From: Eledone cirrhosa
Lineage: Eukaryota
DNA length: 64,000 bases
Direction of reading: 5' to 3'
Assembly (NCBI GenBank): GCA_964016885.1
Contig: OZ024742.1
Span: 166,470,001-166,534,000, forward strand
Shown here: piece by piece, positions 62,201-64,000 of the stretch
Numbering within the stretch: position 1 is the stretch's first letter
Layout: each line of letters starts with the position of its first letter
Made by a program: the position numbers and the translations under genes
The notes under the pieces: generated by a model
Told to the model about the DNA's origin: nothing
What the model saw: only the letters and a program-made list of their open reading frames with translations
Database searches by the model: none

Positions 62201-64000
62201 GGGGAGATAATTTGTAAAAAAAATCAGGGGGAGATAATTTGTAAAAAAAAATCAAGGGGAGATAATTTGTACAAAAAATCAGGGGTATATAATTTGTAAA
62301 AAAAAATCAGGGGGAGATAATTTGTAAAAAAAAATCAGGGGGAGATAATTTGTAAAAAAAATCAAGGGGAGATAATTTGCAGCCGTCCAAGGGGAGATAA
62401 TTTTCAGCCGTCCAAGGAGAGGTAATTTCTAGCCGTCCAAGGTGAGATAATATCCAGCCGTCCAAGGGGAGATAATTTCCAGCCGTCCAAGGGGAGATAA
62501 TTTAAAAAAAAAAACAGGCGAAGATAATTTGTAAAAAAAAAATCAGGGGGAGATAATTTGTAAAAAAAAATCAGGGGGAGATAATTTGTAAAAAAAATCA
62601 GGGGGAGGTAATTTGTAAAAAAAATCAAGGGGAGATAATTTCCAGCCGTCCAAGGGAAGATAATTTCCAGCCCTCCAAGGGGCTATAATTTCCAGCGTCC
62701 AAGGGGAGATAATTTCCAGCCAGCGAAGGGGAGATAATTTTTTTTTTTTAAAATCAGGGGGACATAATTTGTAAAAAAAATCAGGGGGAGATAATTTGTA
62801 AAAAAAATCAAGGGGAGATAATTTGTAAAAAAAAATCAGGGGGAGATAATTTGTAAAAAAAAATCAGGGGGAGATAATTTGTAAAAAAAATTAAGGGGAG
62901 ATAATTTGTAAAAAAAAATCAAGGGGAGATAATTTCCAGCCGTCCAAGGAGAGGTAATTTCTAGACGTCCAAGGGGAGATAATTTCCAGCCGTCCAAGGG
63001 GAGATAATTTCCAGCCGTCCAAGGGTAGATAATATCCAGCCGTCCAAGGAGACATATTTTCCAGCTTTCCAAGGAGAGGTAATTTCTAGCCGTCCAAGGG
63101 GAGATAAATTCCAGCCTCCAAGGGGAGATAATTTCCAGCCAGCCAAGAGGAGATAATTTGTAAAAAAAATCAGGGGGAGATAATTTGTAAAAAAAATCAG
63201 GGGGAGATAATTTGTAAAAAAAATCAGGGGGAGATAATTTCCAGCCGTCCAAGGGGAGATAATTTTCAGCCGTCCAAGGGGAGATAATTTCCCGCCAGCC
63301 AAGGGAAGATAATATTTAAAAAATGAGGCGGAGATAATTTGTAAAAAAAATCAGGGGGAGATAATTTGTAAAAAAATCAGGGGGAGATAATTTGTAAAAA
63401 AAAAATCAGGGGGAGATAATTTGTAAAAAAAATCAGGGGGAGATAATTTGTAAAAAAAAATCAGGGGTAGATAATTTGTAAAAAAAAATCAGGGGGAGAT
63501 AATTTGTAAAAAAAATCAGGGGGAGATAATTTATAAAAAAAATCAAGGGGAGATAATTTCCAGCCGTCCAAGGGGAGATAATTTTCAGCCGTCCAAGGGG
63601 AGATAATTTCCAGCCGTCCAAGGGGAGATAATTTCCATCCTTCCAAGGGGAGATAATTTCCAGCCGTCCAAGGGGAGATAATTTCCCGCCAACCAAGGGA
63701 AGATAATTTTTTAAAAAATCAGGCGGAGATTGTAAAAAAAATCAGGGGGAGATAATTTGTAAAAAAATCAGGGGGAGATAATTTGTAAAAAAAAATCAGG
63801 GGGAGATAATTTGTAAAAAAAATCAGGGGGAGATAATTTGTAAAAAAAAATCAAGGGGAGATAATTTGTAAAAAAAAATCAGGGGGAGATAATTTGTAAA
63901 AAAAATCAGGGGGAGGTAATTTGTAAAAAAAATCAAGGGGAGATAATTTCCAGCCGTCCAAGGGAAGATAATTTCCAGCCCTCCAAGGGGCTATAATTTC
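50290..64000 (+). repeat. Copy 2 of the >=13.7-kb duplication (runs off the window end)
   Basis: The offset to 23843-37553 is a constant 26,447 at all landmarks checked. Homology is lost upstream of ~50290. Confidence 0.95.

Larger units (their letters stand above)
1..64000 (+). repeat. Composite two-monomer tandem satellite array (25-bp type A and 26-29-bp type B sharing core GGGGAGATAATTT), head-to-tail, running off both window ends
   Basis: The core or a 1-4-nt variant of it recurs every ~21-30 bp (mostly 25-29) from base 1 to 64000. It is followed by CCAGCCGTCC (A) or GT(A)nTC (B). I saw no inversion or non-repeat insertion. Confidence 0.99.

Noticed and set aside
551-63696. The many minus-strand ORFs (60-266 aa, e.g. 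4247..5047, 31389..32102)
   Set aside because: They are translations of the satellite in overlapping frames. Starts are mostly repeat-derived TTG codons, monomer lengths are not multiples of 3, A-tract indels shift frames freely, and there is no recognisable domain.
1-64000. CRISPR-like repeat-spacer array (constant core plus variable tail)
   Set aside because: The core is only 13-15 bp, the 'spacers' are 10-14 bp and of just two recurring types, and there are no unique spacers, leader or cas genes.
1-64000. Telomerase-made long telomeric repeat (25-bp, G-tract-bearing, as in some budding yeasts)
   Set aside because: It does not resemble the TG-rich yeast telomere units I know. Inherited variant cassettes and kb-scale duplications indicate recombinational amplification, not repeated copying from one RNA template. 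A subtelomeric location is not excluded.
1-64000. G-quadruplex / i-motif array from G4-G5 tracts
   Set aside because: The tracts are ~21-24 nt apart, far beyond canonical 1-7-nt loops, so stable intramolecular G4 is not supported.
1-64000. Plasmid/phage iterons, Shine-Dalgarno (GGAG) or -10 (GATAAT/TATAAT) signals
   Set aside because: These are short chance matches repeated by the satellite. There is no Rep gene or downstream CDS, and the scale far exceeds iteron arrays.
1-64000. Poly(A) tails of retroposons or rho-independent terminators at A/T tracts
   Set aside because: The A7-10 tracts are integral to monomer B. There is no element body, target-site duplication or GC-rich stem.
1-64000. 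Whole window being a sequencing or synthetic artefact
   Set aside because: Hierarchically shared variants and reproducible homopolymer patterns are typical of a naturally evolved array. Only the copy number of the youngest duplications remains open to assembly error.

Overview
The entire 64 kb window is one uninterrupted, single-orientation composite tandem repeat (satellite-like DNA). I found no unique sequence, credible gene, RNA gene, transposon or CRISPR array. It is built from two short monomer classes sharing a 13-bp core, GGGGAGATAATTT. Type A is AAGGGGAGATAATTTCCAGCCGTCC (25 bp, 52% GC). Type B is AGGGGGAGATAATTTGT(A)7-10TC (26-29 bp, ~30% GC). There are roughly 2,400 monomers (64,000/~26). 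A and B occur in alternating runs. Diagnostic variant monomers form ordered cassettes of ~130-225 bp, these assemble into ~0.55-kb super-cassettes, and those are shuffled by nested duplications with offsets of 393, 2602, ~3992, 4276, ~6351, 6730/6785, ~10.65 k, ~13.08 k and 26,447 bp. All listed ORFs are minus-strand by-products of the repeat. The host organism and the function (centromeric, subtelomeric or other heterochromatin) cannot be determined from the sequence. Duplication boundaries are approximate and were read by eye or from ORF-track offsets.
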